Positions 12,340-24,056 of a stretch of 44,887 nt of DNA are shown one piece after another; the first letter of the stretch is position 1; each line of letters begins with the position of its first letter. Position numbers and translations under genes: made by a program. The DNA is from Trichosphaerium sp. ATCC 40318 (taxonomy: Eukaryota > Protista > Tubulinea). The DNA lies in contig JALMLS010000599.1 in assembly GCA_038496445.1 (NCBI GenBank), positions 1-44,887 of the forward strand, written 5' to 3'. The notes below the pieces were generated by a model. The model saw only the letters and a list, made by a program, of their open reading frames with translations, did no database searches and had not been told where the DNA came from.

Positions 12340-15300
12340 CCTGTCAACCAACGTGAGCTATGCGTCATTTGATGATTTATGCTTCGTATTTCATCAAGAG
12401 TGGCAGCCAATAGCAGTGGTACGCAATTGTAAAAAAATACCAATAATTAGCTCTTCTACGCTTAAATGCGCGTTTTATGTACTGCTGCTCATCAATTTGA
12501 CTAGATAAAGCATCCAAAAACCTTTTGAATGAGCGCTTCTTTTTTGATGTTACAATTGCACCCACATTCAACCTTAAGACAATTGACGCGTGGTACAATG
12601 TAGTAAGCGCTGATTTTTTGGACGCAGGGTTCTTCAAATTCATAGACAGGTAATTTTTCAAAAAAGCTTGCCTACTCTCCAAGTGATCTCACTTTACCCA
12701 CCAGATATGGTGGATCTCCATCCAAGTGTCTACAAAACGTGTACCCTGAATACGAGTGGATATCGTGGAAGTTCAAGTACGATACCATTTTATTGCAAAT
12801 CACGTGACTACGTATTTGATACGTCTTCTTGACGACTATGTAATGACAGTATCGCTCAAGGGGTGGTCCGAGAGGCCATTGGGAAGATGTAAAATCTAGA
12901 TTATCTAAACTAGAGGCAGTTGCAGAGGAACTTGAACTCAAAATCGTTGAAGACTGGTATAAGGTTAATATAAAAGCTTTTCGAAACGTTAGTGGTTCAG
13001 GAGTCTTGGCAAAGTACGCTTATGAAAACACCATAGATTAATGTTAATATCTTAAAAGAGATGGTGGATCCCTTATAAAATGCCTTGCAGAAATATATCC
13101 AAACTTTGAATGGATAGAAGACAATTTCAAGTGCGCTCATTGTCTTTGATTGTCAAAAAAATGTTGTTCCTTACTTTTTCTTTTTTGTACTTTAGTATGG
13201 TGACACGAGGTCATTGGAGCGACCAAAACAATCTTGTAGATTTTTTTAATAAGGTTGGTGAAAAAGAGGGAATAAAGGATTTAGATGGATGGTATGACCT
13301 ATCACGTAAGGCCATGGAAAAACACAATATATTTCGGTTTATAAGGTAAACTATTTTTCTGATCCCTACCTGCTTTGTCATCATTTCATCGTGTCTAAGA
13401 CTTCTTTGCATAGAAGTAAAAAGGGGTTACTGGATAAACTTATTAAAGTATTTCCTAATTACCGATGGCTCCCAGTAGAGTTTTGGGAAAGCAGGTTTCT
13501 TCTTATTTGCATTTTTCAACATTGAGTGACCTGTTGTTAGACGTGCGCCTGCTGGGTATTGGAACTCAATGGATAATCAACGCGCTCAATTTGAGGTTAT
13601 TGGCCGACTATCGGGGATCAAGACAATGGATGGTTGGTATAAGGTCCCACAAGAAAAAATACTCAGCGATCAATCTTTGAACTCCATAATGATATCAAAG
13701 TGCGTCCCACAGTTTTTAACCAGTTGAATACTCAAATCTTGTCAGGTATAGTGGATATTTAGATAAGGCACTGATGAGGTTGTATCCTCATTACTCTTGG
13801 GATTCATCACAGTTCAAATCTAGACGTACTAAACACCGACAGCATATCAACATGCAAAGAATGATTTTCGAAAATATTGGTAAAGAACTGGGTGTTAAGA
13901 TGCTAGATGATTGGCGGGATATACCTGCTACAGATATTGCAAAGAAAGGTGGATCAGGAATTGTTCAATTAAAGTACTACACTGCATAAAGAGAAGATGT
14001 AAACTGACTTGTTCAACAAAAGGTATAATTCGTCAAGGAACAAAATGTTACAAGGTCTTTATCCACAACATCCATGGAATTTTCCTGTCATTGAATACGT
14101 TGAAAAAGGCCACTGGTACGCTTAAACACTTACTGAACACCAAGTTTACATAATTCATTAACTAACTAGGCTCGACACAACAAATCAGCGCTCGTTTTTA
14201 ACGAAAGCCACTAAAGCATTGAATATTACTAACAACGAACAATGGTGCCACCTTTTTTTATCTTTTCTTTTTCTTATTAATGGGTAAAGGTATCGTGTTT
14301 CAGAGGATCAAATACGCTCTTTAGGCGGTAAAGGATTACTTGCCTATTTCCCAAGAGTTCTAAGTGTACTTGATTCTGAGTTTCCTTGGCAATGGCATAA
14401 GTTCTTACATAAAGCAAAAAGAGCACGACAAAGGTACAATATATTCAACACGTGTTGAGGCTTAATCTCATATCAAAATTTGCAGGTGGCTTCGCCATAG
14501 TATCAAGAGAGTATTACCTTCTATTGAAGTATTAGAAGAGCATGCTATTGGTAGCATTAACGCATCTGGGAGCCCTTTGACAGTTGATGTATTTGTTCCA
14601 AAACATGACCTTGCTATTGAATATCAGGGTACGCATACTTGTTTGCCTGCAACGACTTATATGCTTTGTAAAGGAGAACATCACTATCACGAAAACATGG
14701 CTTACTCTCAACCAAAAGCGATGTATCTCCTACGTGATTTTGAGAAAGCTCAGCATTGCAAAGACAATGGTAAGAAAAAGCAACTAAAGAGTTTTTCAGC
14801 TCAAACTTTAATTGAACTTCCTTAGGTATATGTTTGGTGCCTATACCATATTGGTGGCCTGGCGATTTAGATACACTTGTAGCAACATTATTATATTTTA
14901 AGCCAGACCTTGAGGTTTCTCATAAAATCACTAAACACATTGAACCATTATGTGAAAAACCAGTTGAGAGTATTCAGCCAGGTGACTCTCCAGGTACGCT
15001 TGATATCCTTTTTATTTCTTTTGTTTCTATCAAAAAGGGTTAAGGCACTTTACTAATGATTGTTCTTACAAGGTGAGAAACTAATGAAGCCTACTTCAAA
15101 TACAAGAGATACATTTGTTGAAATGGTTATTCAATGTACATAATCGACAAGGTTTGAAGTCATTGGCGGGTGTACACACTATATACTTGTATGGGTTGTA
15201 CTCAGATTACACTCGTGTTGAGGCATTAACTGGTGCACAGAATGTAATATACTAGCAAAATGCTCATTTTTTAATCACAATGAGTTTGTTTATGCTTTGT

Positions 15301-16396
15301 GATAGAAAAAAATTATTGTGCCACAAAAGTTAGTACCATGAACGCCCTTTAGTACCAATAACATTATATCTGGTTTCACTTTTTTTGCAGCACCGTTTTT
15401 GAAGTTGAAATTTATAAAACGTTTCTGTCATCAAGATATTTCCGCTGGATTATCCGCTTATTTCCTATTTTAAAAAACGGTACATGTGCCTTTTGTCTAG
15501 AAGTTCTTGCCTGAGGCAAGGAGAGATAGTTTCCTATAGTTGAAACCGACACGGCCGCTCAGAAAAAAACCGGAAAATTCCGCGGAAAAGCTACCTTAAC
15601 ATCAAGTACATTATATCGTCATTAAACGAATATAAAAGTATGGCAGATAGCACTTTGGTCGAAGTTGAAGGCATGACGCTCCATTGGGGTGACGAAGTAC
15701 CTAAAGTACGTGAAAACAGCTTGTAAACGCGCTATCAAATTGATACCGCCGTTTATTGTAAAGGTAAGGTTAAACCTCGTATAGAACATTAAAGACATAG
15801 CTCTCAAGTACATAAAAGAAAATCCCGGGTACACCATTGACATAGAGCCTTGTACAAAAACGTACGCAAGACGGTGCCCTCGAAACATGTCCCATTAATT
15901 CTTTATGAAGTGTATCAGTTGAAATAGATGGAGTAGTTGTCGCTGAAAGTAAAGAGGCTGTAGAAGTTCACGAAACAGCGCATAAAATGGTAGGTCAACA
16001 ACTGCAAAGAGTCTAGCAGCTACGCCAAATGGAGTAGTTAAGCTTCATTTGCGCTAGTAAAAGTTGCATGAAAAAAAACACGTGTTTAAATCGACTGTTG
16101 ACTGGATTAACCTTAGGTTTATTACTTACCACGAAAGGATGTCAAGGGGAAATTTGACTCCAGGAAGGAACATACTGTGCGTATTCAACTGGTTTACAAT
16201 ATGATTTTTGACTTTCTGTTGTATTTAGAGTCACTGTCCTTTTAAGGGTATGGCGTCATACTATGATATAGATATAAATGGTAAACAATACTCTAATGCT
16301 ATTTGGAGCTATGAGACACCAATAGATAGTGTAAAAGGAATCAAGGATCTGGTTTCTTTCATGCCACAAGAAACGTTGAAATGGAAGGTTGAGTAG
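12340..16396 (+). CDS. Gene B: six ~70-aa Trp-rich repeats, PD-(D/E)XK nuclease and a putative degenerate ATP-dependent ligase-like C-terminus (ends approximate)
   Basis: Repeat cores DAWYNV, EDWYKV, DGWYDL, DGWYKV, DDWRDI and EQW|YRVS, each followed by a (Y/F)Pxx(x)W-type motif. Then LTVDVFVPKHDLAIEYQG|EHHY..RD..CLVPIPYWW. Exons at 15070-16396 are assigned to this gene by inference. Confidence 0.7.
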
Positions 16397-16524
16397 CCAG
16401 TGTTTAGTCTTGCATCTATTGTTACAATGTGTCAATGCTAGATATCTTTGTTTTTAATCACGTGAGCAATAAAGTAAAATAAATGGTGTTTGACAAACTT
16501 TGTTTATTGAAAGCAAAGCAAGAC

Positions 16525-17423
16525 TTAATGACACAAGTTTTGCATGGTTTCAGCTCCTTTTACTGGAGGAGATGTCGCTGAATTTTCTGTCACAAGCTTG
16601 ATAGCAACATGGAAAGGATCATGGACTGTCTTAAAGATAGCGTCACCTTGTACGTTGTTCCAAAACTGAGCAACTTTAGGAGGAAGTTGATCATCGTATT
16701 TCCCAACATAAACACTCTGAGCAAGAGATGAAGCTAGTACCAAATCAGCTATACTTAAGTTCATTCCAACAAGCCAATGAGAATCTTTAAAGTAATTGTC
16801 ATTATAAAAAGATAGCTAAACAGAAAAGTCAGGAATAAAACCACCTCTGAGAATACTCACCTCATCATGTAGTTTGTTATGTATTTCTCTTACTTTGCCA
16901 GTGTCTTTTTCCTTTACTTTGAGAACAGTAGGTCCAAAGAATGATTCATATGCTAGAGTGTTGGAAGTCACAACAACATTTCCTCTTAACGACTCATAAA
17001 CACTGTCAATCTGTTTTGATAATACTTAGCTTAACACTGCCACTAACAGTCGTTTACCTTTGATAGCGATTCCAGGTCAGTAACTGGATAAAGCAAACTC
17101 GATTTTTTGATGCACAAATACCTTTGACAAGTCAGGATAAAACTATCACAATGGGGTGAACAAAAATACCTTGCTATTGCCCCTGAATCGCATACGATAG
17201 AGTCTTCATCCTTTAAAACGGGTATTTTACCTCTAGGATTCAATGACAAGAATTGTGGCGTCTTTTGCTCGCTCTTGACGAGGTTAACTTCCTTTGAAGA
17301 ATAAGATGTCATGTGTAATAAAGGTAGTCGTACTGATAGCTTTACGTTTACATTTGTAGCCACTGCTACCATGTACGCAAATCTTGATGGTAGAGATAAC
17401 GGATTCCAATAGAGGGTTGTCAT
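16525..17423 (-). CDS. Glutathione S-transferase (theta/phi-like)
   Basis: MTTLYWNPLSLPSR, EQKTPQFLSLNPRGKIPVLKD, DSGAIARYLC and a C-terminal LSIADL motif. Some middle exons appear to contain indels. Confidence 0.9.
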
Positions 17424-17865
17424 TTAGTATTTCACTATAAGTATCAGTCAAATTCCAAACGAAATTTCACCTTTTTTTGTACCGGCGTTTTTTCCTTTAC
17501 TTTATTTTCCCGATGGTACACATAAAATTTATCCGTGTCATCTTCTCTCAAAGTTTGAGCAATATCTCAGGTATACCCACATGGGATAAGTTTGTGTTCG
17601 AAAAACTTGTGTAATCAGAGGCTCAACCGTGTTCACAGAACGATTTTCTTGGTTCTGGGCTTCGGTTTCTAAGTATTACAGCTTGACACTGTGAATATTA
17701 ATATCAACTCAGTGGGTAGAACGGTACTTTTTAGAGCATCTGAGGCTCGAGAGTCAAATTCACTAGAGTTTTGACTCAATTTTGATTCTCTTAAATGTTG
17801 ACTTTTGTGTTTGTAATTAAACGGAACAAAGGCAACGCAACGGGTGCCAAATACCTCCACTACAA

Positions 17866-18744
17866 ATGAAACGTCGCAAACGCAAAGTAAAGATCGTAGG
17901 CAGAAAGAAGAAAAAGGCGCCAACAACGAATAACACTCTAAAAGCGCTGAAACAATCTCCATTCGAAAACTACGATATTGCCGTGCTCATAGTACAAACA
18001 GCATTTCCTGTAGTAAATTTTACACAAATTAACGCCTGGGGACGTCTAAACACCACACTTCACGAAGTAGTCAATGCTGAAGCGACGTTAAGCCATTTTT
18101 ACGAGCGTCATTATTGCCCAAAATATAAAATCACAGGCACCCTCTCAGATCCTTCTATCATCAAAGAATTCTTGCAAAACCGCCTCAAATTCGATAGAGA
18201 ACCCACGCCGAAAAAGCCACACTTAACCAGCTGTTTCATGGCCGACAACCATCTCGGCGATGACGCTCGCAATAAGCTCAGAATGGTTATACAACGTAGT
18301 ACTCTTCCTGATAACCTAAGGTTGATCACACGCTACAATACGTACAATACCGAAATTTACCGCATGAGCACTGATGAAGTACGAGAATTACAAACAACAG
18401 TTGATATTTTTCCCATCCGAGCTTCTCAAGGAACAAAACCACTCAATGTGACACTAAACTGTAGTGATACTATGGAGTTCGGTGCCGGAAGGTTAAGATG
18501 CAACATTACAATTTTACTAGACGATAAACTCGTGTGCAAAGGAGCGGCAGAATGGGGAGGCTCGTTAGACAAAATACAAGTAAAAACTGAAAATCTTGAG
18601 AAACTCTACAATATCATTAGTTGGGATAAGAGTAAAGACGCTACTAAGATTGAAAAAGTGTTGTTCATCATGACAGCATTATCACAACTACATTGGCCTG
18701 CTGAAATACTTAGTTCAGATTACCCTCAGGTAGAAGAGGAATGA
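17866..18744 (+). CDS. Intronless 292-aa hypothetical protein with a basic NLS-like N-terminus and a possible divergent F-box
   Basis: 879-bp ATG-initiated ORF; MKRRKRKVKIVGRKKKK; SPFENYDIAVLIV..WGRLNTTLHEVV loosely resembles F-box spacing. Confidence 0.65.
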   Translation: MKRRKRKVKIVGRKKKKAPTTNNTLKALKQSPFENYDIAVLIVQTAFPVVNFTQINAWGRLNTTLHEVVNAEATLSHFYERHYCPKYKITGTLSDPSIIKEFLQNRLKFDREPTPKKPHLTSCFMADNHLGDDARNKLRMVIQRSTLPDNLRLITRYNTYNTEIYRMSTDEVRELQTTVDIFPIRASQGTKPLNVTLNCSDTMEFGAGRLRCNITILLDDKLVCKGAAEWGGSLDKIQVKTENLEKLYNIISWDKSKDATKIEKVLFIMTALSQLHWPAEILSSDYPQVEEE

Positions 18745-18899
18745 ACCACTGCCTGAAAAGAAGAAAAAACGCAGAAAAAAAAGGTAAAGAACAAGCTTTT
18801 ATCTCAATAAAATTCTATTCTACATTGCCTACTATTTTACACTTACACTCAAAGCTTTTTGTTGTGGACCTTGCATCTAGTTTTTTTTTGTTAGGGCAT

Positions 18900-20377
18900 A
18901 CACATGAGTCTTTTTTCACTTCAGCTCGGTTGTCAAGGCTTTCTTTCTTCTTTCCGAAGTCATTCAATCATTCGTTCTTTGCACTTCTTGATCTCATAGG
19001 TATCACAATAATGTTTGTACGGAGTTGATTAATTGCCTAAACAATTATTATTAATAACCTAACTTGCTACAGCCTTTGGCAATTGAAAAAAAATGCCTGT
19101 ACTTTTGTGAAAAAAGATTCGAAAAAGTTGAGTTTACCATTGTTTAGATTTGCGAGATACTTTTGAGAAGAGGTGCCACTGCCATGTAAAATCATTATTT
19201 AAACCAGACAATGCGTAAGGGAAATAACGACAGAATCCTCCGCCTCCAAGTGCAGCAATCTGGTCAATAGAAACACGGTACCTAATTGCGAGTAAAAAAA
19301 TCAATGTGACACTTTTTTGGGTTAAAAAGAAAAGCCTTTGTTGTGTCATAAAGACATGTACAAAAACTGAGAATTAAATTGAATTAGTACCAATCTTGTG
19401 GTGAGCGTATACGTAATGCATTAGCTGTAGTTTTTAAGAACGCCATTTGATTAACTGGCTCCTCCCAATAACCAATTGGTTTCTCTCTATTGACCTTAAA
19501 ATTCCATGGAAATTCTGTATAAAGTGACTGTAACATCCTTGGCAACGAACCACGATAACTAAATAAATAAATATAAACATTAAGAGTATCTGAAGAGCAA
19601 AAAAAAAAGAAAGAAAAAAAAGTTAAATGTCATGTGTCAACAACATGTCAAAATGTCATTTTGCTTTTTTTAATTACCTATGAAGTACAGTTCCGCCTCC
19701 ACGTTTTATAACCTGTGTTGTCCTCACGGTATGCCAATCACTCAGAGTTTTGACGTCAAGGGCCTTTGCTATGTTGCTAAGAGTATTACGCTGATCATTG
19801 GCCCAAAATCGTTGAAGGTTGCTTGTAAATTGTTCTGGACGCCAATTGTATTTTGGATAAATACTACTGAGCGCCTTATACATGGAGCTGTCATACCTTG
19901 GATCAACGAGTAAGCGTTGAAAAACGGTTTTTTGCTAGTTTACTTTGTTGAGAAGATTGCAGCACCTTTCTCTGCCAGAATATCGCTAGGCGATACGCTG
20001 TACCAATCTTCTAGGGATTTTAAACGTAGGTTACGCCCAATCGCGTTAAACTTGTCTATTTGGTTTCCCAATGCGTCCCAATGGTTTGCTGGTACGTTTT
20101 TAAAGCGCCACTCTTGCCAATTATGCGTTGGAAACAGTACGCGCAGAGCTCGCGAAAGAGAGTAATTATACCTGTACGCTAATTAGTGGTTACGTAGTTG
20201 ACGCAATTATTATTACTTTTTAAGTATGGTTCCGCCACCAGCTTGCTCTACGTCATCAGTTGTAACAGTATACCAGCCATTAAGTGTTGTAATGTGTAGC
20301 TTTGGTGCTAAAACAGTTATAAACAAATGTCTGTGGTGGGCTCTATTGCCTGCCCACTTGAAGGTACGGTATTGCAT
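18900..20377 (-). pseudogene. Gene C: third Trp-repeat paralog (4 repeats) with a decayed or mis-assembled nuclease domain
   Basis: NGWYTV..LFPTHNWQEWRF, EDWYSV..IYPKYNW, SDWHTV..LYTEFPW and QDW|YRVS..FTWQWHLF. Downstream only a remnant (gtacaaacattattgtgatac, ~19000-19020) resembles gene A's VQHYSDT codons (gtacaacattatagtgatac). Confidence 0.7.
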
Positions 20378-21990
20378 TAATTAGACGGAAATAGTTGGAA
20401 AAGAAAAAAAAAACAAATTGGCTTCGATTTTTTGACACAAGAACAGGTTCGATATTGAACGAATGGCCGCACCGTTATTTCAAGAGTTCGTACTAGCGCG
20501 TCACGTGGATGTCTACAGCCACGTGATTCTGTGCGTGCTTTTTCGCAATTCAATGTTTTGAAACAGTTTTATTGTTCGTGTACGACAAAGACAACTACGA
20601 GATGGTTCTGGTCTTATATGTAGGATATCCGAATGCGACTTTCAGCTTGAGTTTTAAGATTAGCCAGAGCCAAGATATACGAAAATTGTTGAGTTTTCTA
20701 TGCAACAACGCTTTGCAATGTGTCGTTTTAGAAAATGGCATGAAACTCGCACAACTTTCGTTCACTGTTGTAAAGCAAAATACGGGGTACAAAATAGAAC
20801 ACCACGCAGCATAGTCAATTGTTGTATTTTAAGCTTTTGGGCAAAACAGTAACTCGAGTTTTTTTGTGGAAACGAGTTCTAAAAAATTCGTAAAATCTTT
20901 TTTATTGGCGTTTTCAATTTTGGTGTACCTTTTTTTAAAGTTTGCTCGCCCAATTTACGTAAAGAAAAGTAAACGAGAGATGCAAGGAGGAAAAAAAAAC
21001 CCAAAAAGTTTCTGACTTTATCTTCCAAATACGGCGGTTTCGTTAGGTACTTCGAATTGGTACATGGTAAATGCGTAGACGCTTTTCAAGCTATTCTAAG
21101 GCAATCCAAAGGAAGTCCGGCGAGATGGCCCCTGAACCACAAAACCTATGAGGGGTTGGCGCAAGTTGATTATCTACGCGTTGAAGTGTGTCTAGAGTAT
21201 TGTAGAGAAAACGAGTTTTATTTATGTTACCCTTTCGTTTGACGCCTTTTCATCGATGCGTTTAATATTACAGTCTTATATACAATAACTAACACTATTA
21301 AAAGCGTCGGTTTGGCATAAACTCGAATAGAGTTATTTGCCCCGGAACATCATTGTAGTTCATTGTCACGCTGAATTCATCCAATTGGAATCGGCCAGAT
21401 GTTCGAGTAGCGTTTATGGATGCAATTGCGTTTTGGTTTTCTTCGGATGCCGTTAGACGCCTTTTTACGCTAAACCTTGACGCTGCGAGTACATTAAAAG
21501 GGTGATTGAACAAAAAGCGTTTCGCAAATAAGAAAAAACGATATTACGCTTTTAATTGTAAATCTCGTTGTGCGTACTGCATTGTGCGTATGTCGTTATT
21601 CTCGATGAACCGGCGCCAACGTGTATTTGTTGTGTTTGTTCGATTTGACGTGAAGGATTTAGTAATTGTGATATATTCATTCTGTATGGCTAAGTTGTTG
21701 CGTGGGTGACTGTGAGGAAAACGTTTTAGCTAAAATTGTACTTTTCGTTAAGTACACTTCCGCAAATACGAAAACGGCGTCTGAAAATATTCGATTTTTA
21801 TCGGGCTGTGGAGAAGCGAGATACACAAATTTGTCGGGTGTTTCAGCTTGTTTTTTGCTGTGTCCCATCTTTAGCAACCAAAAAAAAAAAAAAGGAAAGA
21901 TACAAAGATGAACTTTTTTTAGAATTGTGGGCATTTCACCCAAAAGTTTTACATTTTCATACAGAGTAAAGGGGTCTTAACAGTAAAATT

Positions 21991-22050
21991 GGAATTGACT
22001 CAGATTATCGATAAACTGTTCTATCGATAATTTTTTTTTTCACGTGACGG
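21991..22050 (+). repeat. Left terminal inverted repeat
   Basis: ggaattgactcagattatcgataaactgttctatcgataattttt..cacgtgacgg; contains two TATCGATA palindromes. Confidence 0.92.
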
Positions 22051-22071
22051 AAATCAATGAAAGCCGGCTGT

Positions 22072-22133
22072 ACTTTTTATGCCGGTAATATAGCCGGATC
22101 ATAGAACCTCAAGAAACCGGCTATTTTGCCGGC
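22072..22133. repeat. Left subterminal GCCGG repeats
   Basis: agccggctg, gccggtaatatagccgg, ccggctattttgccggc. Confidence 0.8.
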
Positions 22134-22171
22134 ACCTTGGAATTGAAAGAAACGCGCGTAAATAAATGCCT

Positions 22172-22734
22172 TTATTCAACATTATTTTTCCACGTTGATG
22201 AGGGTACAAATTTACCACCTTGTCCTTCTTTGAGCCATGTGACGCCCTTGGCACCAAATGCGTATAGCTCCAGCTTTCTGAGTCGGTTTTCTAGTTCCAC
22301 TACACGACTCTCAACTTCAGAACCAATGGGTTCTATAGGTAGCACTTCGATATCTTCAGCTATGACAGATATCTCTACCAAAGCAAGCTGTTGTATTATC
22401 CCTGCCTCATGTAGTATTGTCATGAGTCCATCAGAAGGTGCTTTGCCTCGCTTAATGGTGCTTGCCAAAGATTGTCCTTTGTCATCATAGCCGCTTGCAA
22501 GTAGTGGCAGTAGGTGTTTAGGTACTATACTTAGTAAATTTATAAAGTTTTCATGAATACAGTACCTGCTTTGCGAGTTTCCTCATTATTGTATATCTTT
22601 CGGTAGCGTTCTATAATACCGCTACATACTAACGATGCAATAGTTGGTGCGTTTTTAGTGGAAGCAATGGTACTACCCAGAAATTTAGATAGCAGCTTTT
22701 CTTGATGAGTTGTGCACGTAAATAATGGGTCCAT
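22172..22734 (-). CDS. Transposon accessory protein A (~173 aa, 2 exons), function unknown
   Basis: ORFs 22540..22734 and 22172..22468 join in frame through a 41-nt GT-AG intron (22525-22565). Coiled-coil-like ESRVVELENRLRKLE. Confidence 0.7.
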
Positions 22735-22794
22735 TTTCGTTTGTTTACCTCAGTTTACCAACTTAGACTTTCCAAAGTCAATAACCAAGCACAA

Positions 22795-24019
22795 ATGGAA
22801 CAACAAACGGACTTGGAATCCAAAAACCCCTTAGATATGGCAGCGTTCATGTCTGCTGCTAATCTCGTGTGTTCACAATTCACAGTTTCGATTTCTAATG
22901 CTATCACAATAGATTAGCGACCCAGAACTGTCAAGTCACGCGGAAACTACCACAGAACCAATAGAAGCTGATTCAAGCGTACCTTTTGAGAGTTGGTTTG
23001 ATATAATAAACCCAAAAGCATGCCATACTGGAGATCTTATTGCATTTTTACGTGTTGACGGTGTTAGAGTCAACGTGTTCATAGGCTATGCGTTTCGTAT
23101 GGGTAGTTCAACTACAATTGCGTACTTTAAGCCCAAATCGCTACGAGGTGGATTGGTACGGTACCACGTTGATAAATGTGTACTACCTTCTGATGCAGTA
23201 CGTCATAAATTTATCAATTTCTTCAAATTGACTTTTTTCAGCGAGTTGTATTGTACCTTGGAAAACGCTTTGACAACTGGACATGGCCAGGTGGGCGTAA
23301 AGGATGCATGGCAGCATTTGCAACAGAGCCAATACTACCAGATGGGTGCACCGAAGCTCCAAATGTACCTGTTATTCTTGAAGCCGATCTTCAAGTATGC
23401 AAGAAAGTGCTTACAACGGGACAAGAAAACGCAGAAAAGTATGAAGCACAACTACTTACTATCTTGTGTCTTCAAACAGACGAAATGATACAGAAACTTA
23501 TACGGCATGGAAACACTGCAATAAAAAGAAGTGCTAAAAAACAGGTTCCGTCAATGCATAATCGAGGTACTGTATGTAGCAGTATAATATTATACTTACT
23601 CACAGTTTAGCACACTCATCACCAGGACCAACACGAGAACTTGCTATTAAATACAGCAACCATAGAAGTAAGTTCGCTGTGATAAATTTATCAATTTATC
23701 ACTTTTTTTGCTTAACACTTTAGCTGAGACAAAGCAAAAAGAAGAGCGACAACTTGCAGCAGAAATGGAAATAGCTATTCAAAAACAAGCTGCGGAGATG
23801 GAAAGAGTGCAACAGCAAGGTCAACCACCACCACAACTTCCCCAAACACCAGATGAATTTGAGCGTATGAATATGCAAATGTATCAACAGCAGAAAGAAC
23901 GTAAACAACGAGAAGAAGCAAGACAAGAACACCAAGAAGAAGCACGAAAACAAAGTATGAGGTATGTAGTTAATACAACCTACTCAAATACTTCATCAGA
24001 TGTAAATATGACAAACTAA
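22795..24019 (+). CDS. Transposon accessory protein B (~5 exons), unknown; beta-rich N-terminal region and Q/E-rich coiled-coil tail
   Basis: MEQQTDLESK..|ISDPEL..HTGDLIAFLRVDGVRVNVFIGYAF..|RVVLYLGKRFDNWTWPGG..|AETKQKEERQL.., joined via GT-AG introns. Confidence 0.65.
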
Positions 24020-24056
24020 AATAAATAAATTTATCAATTTTTTGTGAACACATTGT

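Noticed and set aside
12377-12941. Minus-strand ORFs of 101 and 89 aa (and their duplicates at 3405-3969)
   Set aside because: They are antisense shadows of gene B exons.
14735-14745. Programmed frameshift in the gene B nuclease
   Set aside because: The extra T is absent from the duplicate copy (~5766), so a homopolymer error is more likely.
10857-17423. Glutathione-detox cluster (esterase D plus GST)
   Set aside because: The genes are separated by an unrelated gene and no formaldehyde dehydrogenase is present; proximity may be chance.
21298-21943. Possible minus-strand gene (MNISQLLNP.. and ..LFEFMPNRRF), perhaps linked across the transposon to 26900-27234
   Set aside because: No consistent spliced model or recognisable domain could be built.
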